Assembly: GCF_018977255.1 (NCBI RefSeq)
Contig: NW_024704742.1
Span: 118,918,001 to 118,978,000, forward strand
Source of the DNA: Callorhinchus milii
Taxonomy: Eukaryota
DNA length: 60,000 nt
Direction of reading: 5' to 3'
Shown here: positions 24,881 through 37,441 of the stretch, in pieces
Layout: each line of letters begins with the position of its first letter
Numbering within the stretch: position 1 is the first letter of the stretch
Notes under the pieces: generated by a model
Databases searched by the model: none
What the model was told of the DNA's origin: nothing
The model's input: only the letters and a program-made list of their open reading frames with translations
Made by a program: the position numbers and the translations under genes

Positions 24881-27134
24881 TCTCAATGTACAGGAGTGAA
24901 TCTAAATGGTTGATTCACTTAACTTCCTTTGAGCTCAAATCCATGCATTTCTTTAACCCTACCATTCGACTAGAATAAACATTAAGATTCACATTATTTA
25001 TATCCTTTAGCAGGGGCAGACAAGCTATATGGGAAATCGAGAAATTTCCCCGAGTGCTGCAGTACTGTACTTGGCTCCTGATATTTACTACCCCAGAGCC
25101 CAACATGCAGATGAGTGACAGCTCAGAACAGCACCCTGCGAATTAACTCCCCCATTTTACTAGAAAATCCCAAGACCTTTTGGGGAGCCAGTCTGCCAGT
25201 GTACTTTAGATTCATGAATCTCTTCAATCACTCGCTCTTTTCCAGTGTGAACATTCCCAGCTTCTGTAGCCTCTCCTTGACATTCCTAATTCCAGCTACT
25301 GTATCAATTTTGTTGTGGACTGTGACAGTATGTCCTTGTGTAATACAGTACATTGTGCATCAACCTGGCTTCATTGGTAGCTCTCTGCCTGAGTCTGAGC
25401 TTATGGGTTCAAGCTGCCCGTCCCCCATTGGTACTTAGAAACCAAACAGTCTGTTCTGGCACTGCAAAACATTACTGGGACTGTGGGTGTTAACGATCTT
25501 ATGGTGCTATTGAAAATGAGAATAGCACCTGAGGATGTCCTCACAGTGTGAAAGGTGCTATATAAATGTGAATTTGTATTCGAGAAGACTTTCTCTCAGT
25601 GTCCTGGCCAACAATCCTCCAAATAAAACAGGTCAATTGTTTCATGGCTGTTTGTGGAATATTGCTGTGCACAAATTGTCTGCCATATTCGCTCACAAAA
25701 TATACATTTTACAGTATAACAACAACAACTTGCATTTATATAGCGCCCTCCACACCGGTCGGCATCCCTGAGTGCTTCACAACTGTGGAGCCCGATGCCG
25801 AGCCAGGGGGAGGGGGAAGGTGACTATAGCACGGTTGAAGAGGAAGGTCTTCAGGTACAACCTGAAAATGGGGAAAGAACAGGGAAGGCAAAGGGATTGA
25901 GTGAGGGAGTTCCATAGATTCAGGGCGTAGTGGCTGCAAGCAAGTGGAGGATTTGAGAGAAATCTTGTGAAGGACTTTGAGATGCCCTCTTGAATTGAAA
26001 GGGACTATATCAGATGTTAGGATTATTATTATTAACAACCAGAACTATATGCTGTAATCCATGCTGGGGCAAACCAACAGTTTAGATAAGTATGATTTTC
26101 TGTAATAATAGAATAGGGGTTTTAGGCCATTCTGGCAACCCAGTAAATAAAGCACACCATGATACTAATGCACACAATATAAACCATGGATACGTGGGTG
26201 GGAAAGGGCAGGATGAGGTACAAGTGTAACACTGCTAATGGTTGAACAGCCTGCCAACATTCACTGCTAAAATATTAAGCAGACAATTGGGTAAGTAACC
26301 AACAGCACCATGGAGCTGAGCTGGCCCTCCATATGAATCAACAACTTCCTGAGAGGAGAGGAAAGGGAGAAAGAAAGCAGGCAGATGACCGACTCTTGTG
26401 ATACATTTCATCCATATCTTATTCTAATTATTTTTGTGAGTCAGCCAAGTGTTTTGACACACATCGCCAGCCTTAAGATTATCGAAACCAAACTACTGAC
26501 AATTCTACACGGGTATTTTGACTTTGTCGGGAATTTAATGCACATTCTCTCCCTCGAGGGGCACATCTTGATCATCTAATCCAGGTTGTCTGGTTATTTT
26601 GATATTCTTCAAACAGGTTTACACACATGTGCAGCATATAAAAAAAAATCCAGAATACAATGTTCCTTTCTTCAGTTTTCCACTGCAAACACTAACGACA
26701 AAATAGAATTCTGAGAGGGTGGTAACCAGTTATTAACCCCCTCTCCTCCCCCTCACCCCCATCCATCAATGTATTCATTGATGGTTACATGGTTATTGCT
26801 TCACTCAAGTCCAGACGAACCTATTTGGGACTTTTTTGGTGAACGGCAGATTAAATTCCACGTGTTTTTAATACTATTCAATGGAAAACAGGCCCTCAGA
26901 AAATAACACATACAACACAACACTGGAAGGAAGATTAACTTAGCTGTCAACTCAAGACAGCAAACACTGGTAGCATGATTGATGCTGCTTTTAAAAATGA
27001 TTGTAGCTGATCGATGACTTATCGTCATAGCCTGGATTGCCTGCCAATCTCTACATTCTACATGACTTTGTACACATTCTCAGATACAACTCTTGTTACC
27101 TTTTTATACTAGCTCAATTGCGATATACAACTAG

Positions 27135-27227
27135 GTCAAAAACAGAAGTTGCTGGGGACAGTCAGCAGGTTGGGCAGCAGCTATAGAGAAAGAGTCAATG
27201 TTTTGGGTCCACAACCCTTCGTCAGAG
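27135..27227 (-). mobile_element. Penelope-like / V-type short repeat remnant with a degenerate hammerhead core
   Basis: Minus strand CTGACGAAGGGTTGTGGACCCAAAACATTGAC...GCTGCCCAACCTGCTGA...CCAGCAACTTCTGTTTT, resembling fish Penelope-derived repeats as I recall them. Confidence 0.6.
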
Positions 27228-27229
27228 GT

Positions 27230-27642
27230 TAGGATTATTCTCATTGGAGCAGAGAAGGTTATGAGGAGTCCTAATAGAGGTTTTCTAAATCATGAGGGGA
27301 TTTGATAGGTTACAAAGGGAAAAACTGTTTCCACTGGTGGGTGTGTAGGTGACTTGAGGTCACAGATTTAAAAGTCTCCAAAAGAACCAGAGGGGAGGTG
27401 AGAAGAAATTTTTTCACGCAGTGAGTTGTTCAAATCTGGAACGCATTGCCTGAAAGGGTGGTGGGGGCCGATTCGATAACTACTTTTAAAAACGGGGTGG
27501 ATGGGTATTTGAGGAGGACGGGTTTGCAGGGTTATGGGGAAAGGGCTGGGGAGTGGGACTGACATTAATTGCTCTTTTCAAAGAGCCGGCACAGACTCGA
27601 TGAGCCGAATGGCTTCATTTTGTGCTGTACAATTCTATGAAC
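27230..27642 (+). mobile_element. CR1 LINE 3' end
   Basis: Homology to the GLFSLExRR/RGH region and a CR1-type tail (gccgaatggc...ttctatga). Confidence 0.85.
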
Positions 27643-27949
27643 TCAATTGAGTGTTTGCGTGTTTCCTTTTTTTGAGACATCGAGAAGCACTATATCAAAG
27701 ACAAGGATTATTATTATTATAATATCAAAAAGCCAATATTAACAAATCACAGGTACACAATAGGTACATGGAACACATTTTGCAACTGTTTTGGAGATGT
27801 TATGGCTCTTCAATGGGAAACGAGCAGAGTGGATACTTTCCACGTTAGGTTCAATGTACTGATCTGATCAGCCCAAGTGACAATGTGGTTTGGTTAATCA
27901 CCCAAACACACTGTCGTCTCTTAAAGATAACTCCAACCAGGAGCCAACT

Positions 27950-28495
27950 GGGGACCCCCCAACCAAACCCCCCCACCCTTTCCTACCCATCACCCCCAAC
28001 CAAAGGCCTCCTCCCCGTCACCCCCAACCAAAGACACCCCCCCCTCTCCTCCCTGTCACCCCCCCCAACCAAAGACCACCCTACTCCTCCCCAACTAAAG
28101 ATCCTCCTCTCCCCCAAAACCAGAGACACCCCTCTTCTCCCCCCAAAACCAAAGACCCTCCCTCTCACCCCCCAACTAAAGAACCCGCTTTCCTCCCCCA
28201 ATCAAAGACCCCCCTCTCCTCCCCCTCACCTCCCAACCAAAGACCCCCCTCTCCTCCCACTCATCCCACAACCAAAGACTCTCCTCCACCTCACCCCACA
28301 ACCAAAGACCCCCACTCCTCCCTCTCACCCCCCAACCAAAGATCCCTCTCTCCTCCCCCTCTCTCCTCCCCCCAACCCCAACCAAAGACGCCCCCTCCCT
28401 CCCCAACAAAAGACCCCCCCCCAACAAAAGACCCCCCCTCCCTCCACACCTCCCAACTAAATACCCCCCTCTCCTCCCCCCCCCCCCCCCCCCAG
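27950..28495. repeat. C-rich minisatellite (unit about CCCCCCAACCAAAGACCCCCCTCTCCT)
   Basis: Recurring AACCAAAGAC core about every 30-35 bp. Confidence 0.9.
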
Positions 28496-28749
28496 CCAGA
28501 GACACAACTCCAGTCATCGTGTTTCCCAAATCAGAGTTAAAATGGGTGAGGGTGTTTCCTCTCTGTAGCAGCCTGTCTGTCTGACTGACTGTCTGACTGT
28601 CTGACTGACTGACTGTCTGACTGTCTGTGCACCTTCCAGGAAAACATCCACAGCGTTAAGATTAAGGACAAAACACAAACCAAACCATAGGGGCATTTTA
28701 TTATAAAACAAAAAGCAAAGTCAGGGTGAGAGCCCTCAGACTGGGGTCC

Positions 28750-28975
28750 CACCCACACACACACCACAGCCACACACACACACACACACACAGCCACACA
28801 CACACACACACAGTCACACACACACACAGTCACACAGCCACACACACACACAGCCACACACACACACAGCCACACAGCCACACACACACACACACAGCCA
28901 CACACACACAGCCACACACACACACACCCACACACACACACACACAGCCACACACACACACAGCCACACACACAG

Positions 28976-29019
<44 letters not shown>

Positions 29020-29464
29020 CCACACACACACACCACACACACACACACACACACCCACACACACACACCACACACACACACACACAGTCACACCACACAC
29101 ACACACACACAGTCACACACACACACACACACACACAGCCACACACACACACACAGCCACACACACACACACACCACACACACACACAGACACCACACAC
29201 CACACACACACAGACACACACACACACACCCACACCACACACACACACAGCCACACACACACAGCCACACACACACACAGCCACACACACACACACAGCC
29301 ACACACCACCAACACACACACAGCCACACACACACACACACAGCCACACACACACACACACACAGCCACACACACACACCACACACACACCACACACACA
29401 CACACACACAGCACACACACACACACACAGCCATCACACACACACCCACCACACACACACACAG

Positions 29465-29502
<38 letters not shown>

Positions 29503-30216
29503 CCACACACACACACACAGCCACACACACACACACACACACAGCCACACACACACACCACACAGCCATCACACACACACCACACACACACACACACAGC
29601 CACACCACCACACACAGCCACACACACACACAGCCACACTACACACACACACACCACACCACACACACACAGCCACACACACACCACACACAGCCACACA
29701 CACACACACACAGCCACACACACACACACACCACACACACACACAGCCACACACACACACACCACACACACACACACACAGCCACACACACACACACACA
29801 CCACACCACCACACACACACCGCCACACACACACAGACACACACACACACACACAGCCACACACCCACACACACACACAGCCACACACACCACACACACA
29901 CCACACCACACACACACACAGCCACACACACACACACACACCACACACCACACACACACACACACACAGCCACACACACACACAGCCACACAGTCACACA
30001 CACACACACAGCCACACAGCCACACACACACACAGCCACACACACACACACCATCACACACACACAGCACACACCACACACCACACACACAGCCACTACA
30101 CACCACACAGCCATCACCACACACACAGCCTCCACCACACACACAGCCACACACACACACACAGCCACACACACACACACAGCCACACACCCACACACAG
30201 CCACACACACACACAG

Positions 30217-30250
<34 letters not shown>

Positions 30251-30355
30251 CCACACACACACACAGCCACACACAGCCACACACAGCCACACACACACAC
30301 ACACAGCCACACACACACACACACACACACAGCCACACACACACAGCCACACACA
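28750..30355. repeat. About 1.6 kb (CA)n / CACAGC compound microsatellite
   Basis: Directly visible. Confidence 0.98.
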
Positions 30356-30432
30356 CCCCCCGGAGGGGTCACGGTACGTTGCTGACAGAGAGTCGGTCGG
30401 CAGTGCAGTGCAGTGAGAGCCGCTTCTCTTAC

Positions 30433-30459
30433 CTGTGCCACACAGCAGGAAATGGACAT
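30433..30459 (-). CDS. SERINC5: Serine incorporator 5, coding exon 1 (MSISCCVAQ)
   Basis: ATG at 30459, 9 codons, then a GTAAGA donor. Resembles the human N-terminus MSAQCCAGQ and joins exon 2 in phase 0. Confidence 0.9.
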
Positions 30460-30532
30460 GTTTGCGGAGACCGCGATCACAGCGACACTGGGACTGACTG
30501 ACTGACTGGGCAGCGCTCAGCGGGTCACAGGG

Positions 30533-30866
30533 TGGGGAGAGGGAGAGAGAGAGAGAGGAGGGGAGAGGAGGAGAGAGAGGAGGAGAGAGGAGGGGAGGAG
30601 AGAGAGGAGAGAGAGAGGAGGGGAGGTGAGAGAGGAGGAGAGGGGGAGAGGAGGGGAGGGGAGAGAGGAGGAGAGGGGGAGGGGGAGAGAGGAGGAGAGG
30701 GGAAGAGGGGAGGAGAGAGGAGGGAGGAGAGGGGAGGGGAAGAGGGGAGAGGGAGAGGAGGAGAGGGGGGAGAGGAGGGAGGGGAGGAGAGGGGGGAGAG
30801 GGGGAGAGGGGAGGGGAGAGAGGGGGAGAGGGGAGGGGAGGGGAGGAGAGGGGGAGAGGAGGGGAA
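30533..30866. repeat. Polypurine G/A tract
   Basis: About 330 bp, almost exclusively G and A. Confidence 0.97.
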
Positions 30867-30964
30867 GATCAGCAACAACAACAATAAAAGACAAAGAGAA
30901 ACAAAGCGACAGATCGGCAGCTCCTCCAGAGCATTAAACACCAGCACCAGCCTCGCCCACAGCC

Positions 30965-31191
30965 TGTGTGTGTGTGTCTCTCTCTCTGTCACTCTGTGTG
31001 TGTGTCTCTCTCTGTCACTGTGTGTGTTGTGTCTCTCTCTCACTGTGTGTGTGTATCTCTCTCTGTGTCACTGTGTGTGTGTCTCTCTGTGTCACTCTGT
31101 GTGTGTGTGTCTGTGTGTCTCGCTCTGTCACTCTGTATGTGTGTGTGTCTGTGTCACTCTGTGTGTGTGTGTCTGTGTGTCTCGCTCTGTC

Positions 31192-31222
<31 letters not shown>

Positions 31223-31623
31223 CTCTCTGTGTCACTCTGTGTGTGTGTGCGTCTCTCTCTCTGTCACTCTGTGTGTGTGTGTCTCTCTGTGTCACTCTGT
31301 GTGTGTCTCTCTCTCTGTGTCACTCTGTGTGTGTGTGCGTCTCTCTGTGTCTCTCTCTGTGTCACTCTGTGTGTGTGTGCGTCTCTCTGTGTCTCTCTCT
31401 GTGTCACTCTGTGTGTGTGTGCGTCTCTGTGTGTCTCTCTCTGTGTCACTCTGTGTGTGTGTGTGCGTCTCTGTGTGTCTCTCTCTGTGTCACTCTGTGT
31501 GTGTGTGTGTGCGTCTCTGTGTGTCTCTCTGTGTCACTCTGTGTGTGTGTGTGTGTGTGTGCGTCTCTGTGTGTCTCTCTCTGTGTCACTCTGTGTGTGT
31601 GTGTGTGTGTCTCTCTCTCTCTC
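30965..31623. repeat. (TG)n/(TC)n minisatellite (unit about CTCTCTGTGTCACTCTGTGTGTGTGTGCGT)
   Basis: Recurring GTCACTCT core. Confidence 0.97.
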
Positions 31624-32124
31624 AATGGCTGATTCCCCCACTGTGAACTGATGATTATTTCACTTCCGGAAACGACTCTTGTTCAGAGAAGAGGGAGGAG
31701 AAATATATATAAAAAAAGGGAGAATCCCAGAGCGGTGGAGCTAATCTCCAACACAACATCCTCTTGTATCTCCAAATCTCCAGTTCTGTTTTTAAAGGCG
31801 AAGGCTGGATTTGTCAGTCATGCTTTCAAATCTTTTGCGCAGCTTCATTTTTGTACTCCACTTGCACATTGAGGGGGGAGGGGGTGGAATAGTTAACATA
31901 TTTTTCATATCTGCTGCACAGCAATCTATTGATTCTGCTTTTATTTATTTATGATATCCACATTTATTTCCCAGTGAAAAATCTGAGCAGGTGCGCTGTT
32001 CCACTTGTCTTCTCTGGGAGAACACAGGTGCACTGAAGGCATTCAACGTTTAACCGCTCCGAGATACTACCTCGCATGAAGGACGCTATAGAAATGCAAG
32101 CACGAATGCGCATAAATGCAAGGC

Positions 32125-32572
32125 AACAATTACAACAACTAGTTGCATTTGTTTCGCGCCTTTCGGGGTCGGGAGGACGTCCTAAGACTCCGGACAGTCA
32201 AGGGTTTGCAACCGAGCTGAGGGTTCCAGAGAGTGGGGGCAGAAAGGCTGAAGGCCCGACTGCCAATGATGGAGGAGGCAGGGCAGAGGACGGCAGGCAA
32301 GTGCCTGACTAGTGGAGAGAGCGGACTGGTTGGGAGTGTTTTAGATGTGGGAAGGCGCAAGACCGTGAATAGACTGAAAAGTGAGGATGGAGATTTTGAA
32401 CTCAATCCTCTGGAGGATAGGCTGCCAGTGGAGCTCGTTGATGATGGGGATAAGAGGCTTGCGGAGCCTGGTGTGGAAGAGGACATGACCATCAGAGTTC
32501 TGGATGGTCTGGAGCTTGTGGAGGGAAGAGTTGAAAAGTCCAGTGAGCAGCAAGTTGGCGTTGTCTGGTCTA
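32125..32572 (-). mobile_element. Diverged L2 LINE 3' fragment
   Basis: SRPDNANLLL...LHWQPILQRIEFKI (ORF 32341..32598). Confidence 0.8.
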
Positions 32573-32929
32573 GATATAATATGATATGACTGCAACACCT
32601 CTCATTGATATGTCAAATGGTCAATCGTCAACAGTTCCCTTCCCGTACCTCAGGTATTGGACTATCAAGGCCACTACAGACATCAAAGGGCGTCTTCACC
32701 AATTAGAGAAGCTTCCGCACTAGTTCTTTTAACACTCTGTTTACCACACCATGGCTGATTGTGGGACATTGCTGTGTGCAAATTGGCAATTGCATACCCA
32801 CAAACTACATGCAGTCACACCACTTTATGGTATGTTGAGACATCTTGACACAGTGATAAATCACTATACCAAATGCAAGGATTATTATTATTACCAATCG
32901 GCTTAATCAAATAAATAAATAAATTGGTC

Positions 32930-33072
32930 ACTTCAATCCACAACTGTTTGTGGGACACTGCTGTGCACAATTGGCTGCTGCGTTTCGCCCACAAATATAC
33001 ATCAATTCACATTACAATATATTCTGTGAAGCGCTTTGAGACGTCTAGATGACGTGAAAAGCGCTATATCAA
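32930..33072 (+). mobile_element. SINE 3' half
   Basis: Core plus tail, abutting an opposite-orientation SINE. Confidence 0.85.
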
Positions 33073-33403
33073 TAATAATAAAAATAATAATAATAATCCT
33101 TGCATTTGATATAGCGCTTTACACGTCGGGAGGACGTCCCAAAGCGCTTCACAGAACACACTGTAAAGTGAATTGACTGTATATTTGTGGGCGAACGCGG
33201 CAGCCAATTGCGCACAGCAATGTCCCACAAACAGTAGATTGAAAATGACCAATTTATTATTGTTTTTGGTTTTTTGGAGGGATTATTATTAGGGGTGTGG
33301 AGTAAGGAAACTTGCCCAAGGTTTCGCCCTGACCTGCCTGGAATTGAACTCAGGTCTCTCGCTTGCAAAGCGAGTGCTCTAACCACTGAGCTACAGGACT
33401 CCA
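33073..33403 (-). mobile_element. Full-length SINE
   Basis: Head, core and tail; near-identical to the 9374 copy. Confidence 0.92.
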
Positions 33404-36144
33404 CTGCAAAGATTATTATTTATTTATTAACCACAAATAGAGGATATAAGAACATGTCCTTGCAAACTCACACTCCAGGTAACACTTTCCAGCGACCATC
33501 ATCCTCAAAGTTTCATCATCAGTCTCTTGACAAACCTTAAGCATGGTGGAGAGACATTTTCTGGGCAGCTCATGACATACTACCAATTGTGAGGTTTCAG
33601 AGGTCTTGTCTAATGTTATTTTTACCAGAGCTGCTGGACTTCATCTCAGTTCCAGTTCCTCAAATAAAGTTGACTTGACTTTGGCTAAAAGACAAGCCCA
33701 CATGAAGGCTAATTCTCCATCCAAATACAAAATAACAGTTCAATTTTATAATGATAATCCTTGCATTTGATATCGTGACTTATCAAGGCTTTGAGACATC
33801 TCAAAGCGCTTTACAGAATTTATTGTAAAATGAATTAACTGTATACTTTGTTGGCGAAACCAAAATATAACCACAATATAAACCACAGCCCACCCTCCCT
33901 GCAATCATTTTCCTTTTTACCACAAAATCAACCTCACAATTCAGTCCTCGATCTCACCCCTGTCTGTTGCATGTGTAGCGTTCCAATAAACATTTATAAA
34001 TTAATGTGTGGAGAAAAGAGGAGAAAGAAAATGTTAGTGTTTCAAAATCATGATTGTCACTCTCGACCAATAAGATCTTCTAGACATGTAAGACCCATGG
34101 AATTTGTGAAAGAATTGTACAGAGTAAATCTGGCTGTGGTCATGTTTTTTCAGCTGTAATCTGGGGCATTGCACAAAGTACTGAACAAAAGTAAAGCCTT
34201 CCACCTGAGCAAGGACTGGCATCGTCTGGGTGCAAATTATTAAAATCATGGAAATCATGAAGTAATAGATTTCCAAACTCTGAGGTTAAATCTGTTTACC
34301 TTTCAAGTGGGTGTTAAATATCCATGACGCTGTTCAAACAGAAGGGAGTTTCCCTTGGTGTCCTCTGGATAAAATCGGTCATTCACCTCAGAGCTATTTC
34401 TGGGAATTTGCTGCCATAAAAGGCTGTCCTGTGTGCCTGCAAATACAGTCACTGCACATGACAGTAATTACCTGACAAGCGTTCTGAGACATTTTGATGT
34501 GATAAAGCACTATATCAAAAGGTATCTCTTTGATTGTGCTTTCGGGCATCTTTCCCTTCTCCAATCCCCCCAATCCCCCTGGCTCCCACTCCCAGCTCAG
34601 GTGCCCAGCCAGGAAGGTAAGTGCTTTGAGATGTCCTCACAACATAAAAGGCCTTATATAAATATCAATTATATTATGTATCAAATGTAACAAAAAATTA
34701 CAACAGAAATTCAGATGTACAGACAATAAAGTGTTACACCAACACAAATTTGTTAATATGCAGACCAACGGCACAATTACAGAACTGGATCAAGGAAGAG
34801 TATCAAGTAATCACTTTAATCAATCTAATGCAGTGCAAGAGTATTGCCATTGACAGACATGCACTTGGAATGAAATTACTGGTGTAATAAATGCACATTA
34901 GATGCTAGAATAAAATGGTACATTTTTTAAAGCTTTGCTTATGTTGCTAGAGTATTTTACATATATGCCGAAGGCAGAATAATTAACTTAATGTTTTGCT
35001 GAATTTATATTTTTTGTGGGGTTAGATGCGCAATTTGTTGAGACGATTTTGTGAATGGCTGCATTTTGGATTTTGTAGGATATGTTACTGATAAATTGTG
35101 GCTAGCATTGATATAAAGAAAATGGGTTAGCACTTCAATATATTGATAGTGATACTGTGGACTTGAGATCTGCTTAACAATAAAACCGTATAGCTTTGCA
35201 TTTCTGTTAGTGTACATCACATGTGGAAAGGTTATATTTTACTGAACTGAATGGGGCATGCAATTAGCAGGTGGACATTCAAATAAATTCCACATTTTCC
35301 ATTGTGCAGCTACAACTGTGCTACTCTTCCTTAAAAAAGCATTCCAATAAAATTGCCTAAAGAAAACCCAGCACTAGATGCTGAGAAACGAAATGCCATA
35401 TGTCAGATTTCCCCACAGCTCATATTCCCTTTCTGAGTAAACTGGAAACACACAGCTTGTAAAATAAGGCAGTGTTTCCCCTTTAACAAAATATTATGAT
35501 GACTGTAAATTTTGACATGATACTGGAGCTACAGCCATGATTAGGAAAGCAGGGATTGTTGGTTGAGAGGAGGGGAAGGAAAGCAACATGCTTTGTGTTA
35601 TATTCCCCAGGTTACTCTTTATGACGTGTAAGTGTGGCATGAGCTGTGAACAAAAGTGGCACAGTGCCAATGATTTGTTTTTACGCTTTCCCGTCTGGGA
35701 AGGATGATGTTACTGTACATAGTCAATGTGAGTTCGTTAGCTGTGAACAATTGTAATGATACCTCTGGATGGGAATCCTTTGTTCTCTCTTATTTTCAGT
35801 TGGATAGAATTATTTTTTGCCTAAGATCTATTGATGATAATTTACGTTTATAATGCTCTTCAGCATCTCATGGCGTTTCACAAGAACAGGGGCCAGACAA
35901 GAATGCAGACTTATTGACATTAATCCTTGCATTTCGAATGGCGTTTTTCACCTAAGGTTGACGTCTCAAAGGGCTTCACAGGATTTGATTGTAAAATGTA
36001 GTAACTGTGTATTTTGTACCATAGAAAAGTCATTTTTTAATCAAGTTTCAGTTTCCAAATCTATATTAATAATGTAAATAACGTTGTCCACTTACAGCAA
36101 AGCAGTCCACCAATAGCCATTTTAAAAATGTTTTTCGGCTCTTC

Positions 36145-36268
36145 CTCCACCCCCCTTGCCCTCCACCCCCCTTCCCCTCCACACCTCTTGCCCTCCACCC
36201 CTCTTGCCTTCCACTCCCCTTGTCCTCCACTCCCCTTGCCCTCCATTCCCCTTGCCCTCCACCCTTCT
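36145..36268. repeat. About 16-bp tandem repeat CCCCTTGCCCTCCACT
   Basis: About 7 units, just before an L2 tail. Confidence 0.85.
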
Positions 36269-36559
36269 TGACTCCAACACCCATCTCAGGTGCAAACCTT
36301 TCACTGTCCAGTGCCTTGGAACGTCCTCCCAAAATGAAAGGTGCTATATTAATGCAATTTATTGTTATTGTTTTCAGATTTAATCTCAGGTCTCAAAATT
36401 GTTTTAAGAACACTGCTAGATGTTAAATAAATGTAGAACAGAGAGGTGTTCTTGCAATTCCCTGGCTCATTGATAGGACCCAAAAGAGCGAACCAGTTAC
36501 TGGGGGCAGGGAGTAATCCCCCTCAACTCCTCCAAACCAAAGCCCTAATGGGTAAGGTA

Positions 36560-36862
36560 GTCCTAGCTGGACAAGCAGTGGGAAAACTTGCCGGACAGCA
36601 ATATCAATGGCAAGCTACAGTGTTTTAGCTGGTTAGACTCCAGCAGTACTACAATGCACACTCTGGAGTCCCCAATCCTTGACTCTTGCCAACCTGCACC
36701 TAATACTTTCCGGAATTGGATAAGCAAGATGCATCCCTCCAGGGAGAGAGTGTATATTCCATTCCAATAATTTATCTCTGAGATTTTCATGTGTAGGTGG
36801 GATGCATAGAAAACTCAGTTTAGTTTGGATACTCTTAACCATAGTGATCGTTGGATACTCAT
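36560..36862. repeat. Unclassified interspersed repeat (other copies at about 8195-8430 and 47645-47945)
   Basis: Three colinear copies share GTTTTAGC.GGTTA.ACTC, GTCCCCAA, GGAGA.AGT and TACTCTTAA.CAT.G. Confidence 0.8.
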
Positions 36863-37124
36863 TAAGACAATAAGGGCCAATTGACTAGGACCAATGGAAG
36901 AGGATCAGGAGGTAGAAAAGCAGCAAGCAGGGAGAACTGAGCAGAGGGTTTTTGGTTGAATTGTTTTGGATTTGTAACTGGTGAGCTGAAATTAAAGAGT
37001 GTTCTGCACATTGTTTGTTGAGAACATAATAGTGATGGGTTTCTGCATGTGTCAGACACCTGACTGACCAAAAAGAAATTTTTGTAATTTCTTTGTTGAG
37101 AATATGAATTTGAATAAAATAATA

Positions 37125-37441
37125 ATAAAAATATAATAATAATCCTTGCATTTGATATAGTGCTTTTCATGTCTTCTAGATGTCTCAAAACCCTTCACAA
37201 ATATACTGAAAGTGAATTGACTGTATATTTGTGGACAAAATGCGGCAGTCAATTGCACACAGCAGTGCCCCACAAACAATCGTGGATTGAAGTGATCAAT
37301 TTATTATTGGTTTTTTTTCTTGAGGGATTATTATCAGATATGTAGAGTAAGGAAACTTGCCCAAGGATTCGCCCTGCTGGGAATCAAATCCAGGTCTCTC
37401 GCCTGTGAGGCGAGTGCCTTAGCCACTGAACTACAGGACTA
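37125..37441 (-). mobile_element. Full-length diverged SINE
   Basis: Head, core and tail recognisable. Confidence 0.85.

Larger units (their letters stand above)
30360..30960 (-). promoter_or_regulatory. Putative SERINC5 promoter/5'UTR region
   Basis: Small CpG-rich unique patch around exon 1, a polypurine tract, and a second unique patch at 30866-30963. The TSS cannot be placed from sequence alone. Confidence 0.45.

Noticed and set aside
26763..26784. 9-bp inverted repeat CCATCAATG/CATTGATGG
   Set aside because: Short enough to occur by chance in 60 kb.
27885..28540. Pro-rich, extensin-like ORFs
   Set aside because: C-rich minisatellite with no splice or homology support.
28537..30501. 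591-aa His/Thr-rich ORF and antisense Val/Cys-rich ORFs
   Set aside because: Translations of the (CA)n array. Only MSISCCVAQ inside ORF 29569..30480 is real (SERINC5 exon 1).
30517..31651. Long Gly/Glu/Arg- and Val/Cys/Ser-rich ORFs
   Set aside because: Products of stop-poor simple repeats.
31661..31715. ETS motif plus TATA-like sequence suggesting a divergent promoter
   Set aside because: Short motifs only, with no downstream exon evidence.
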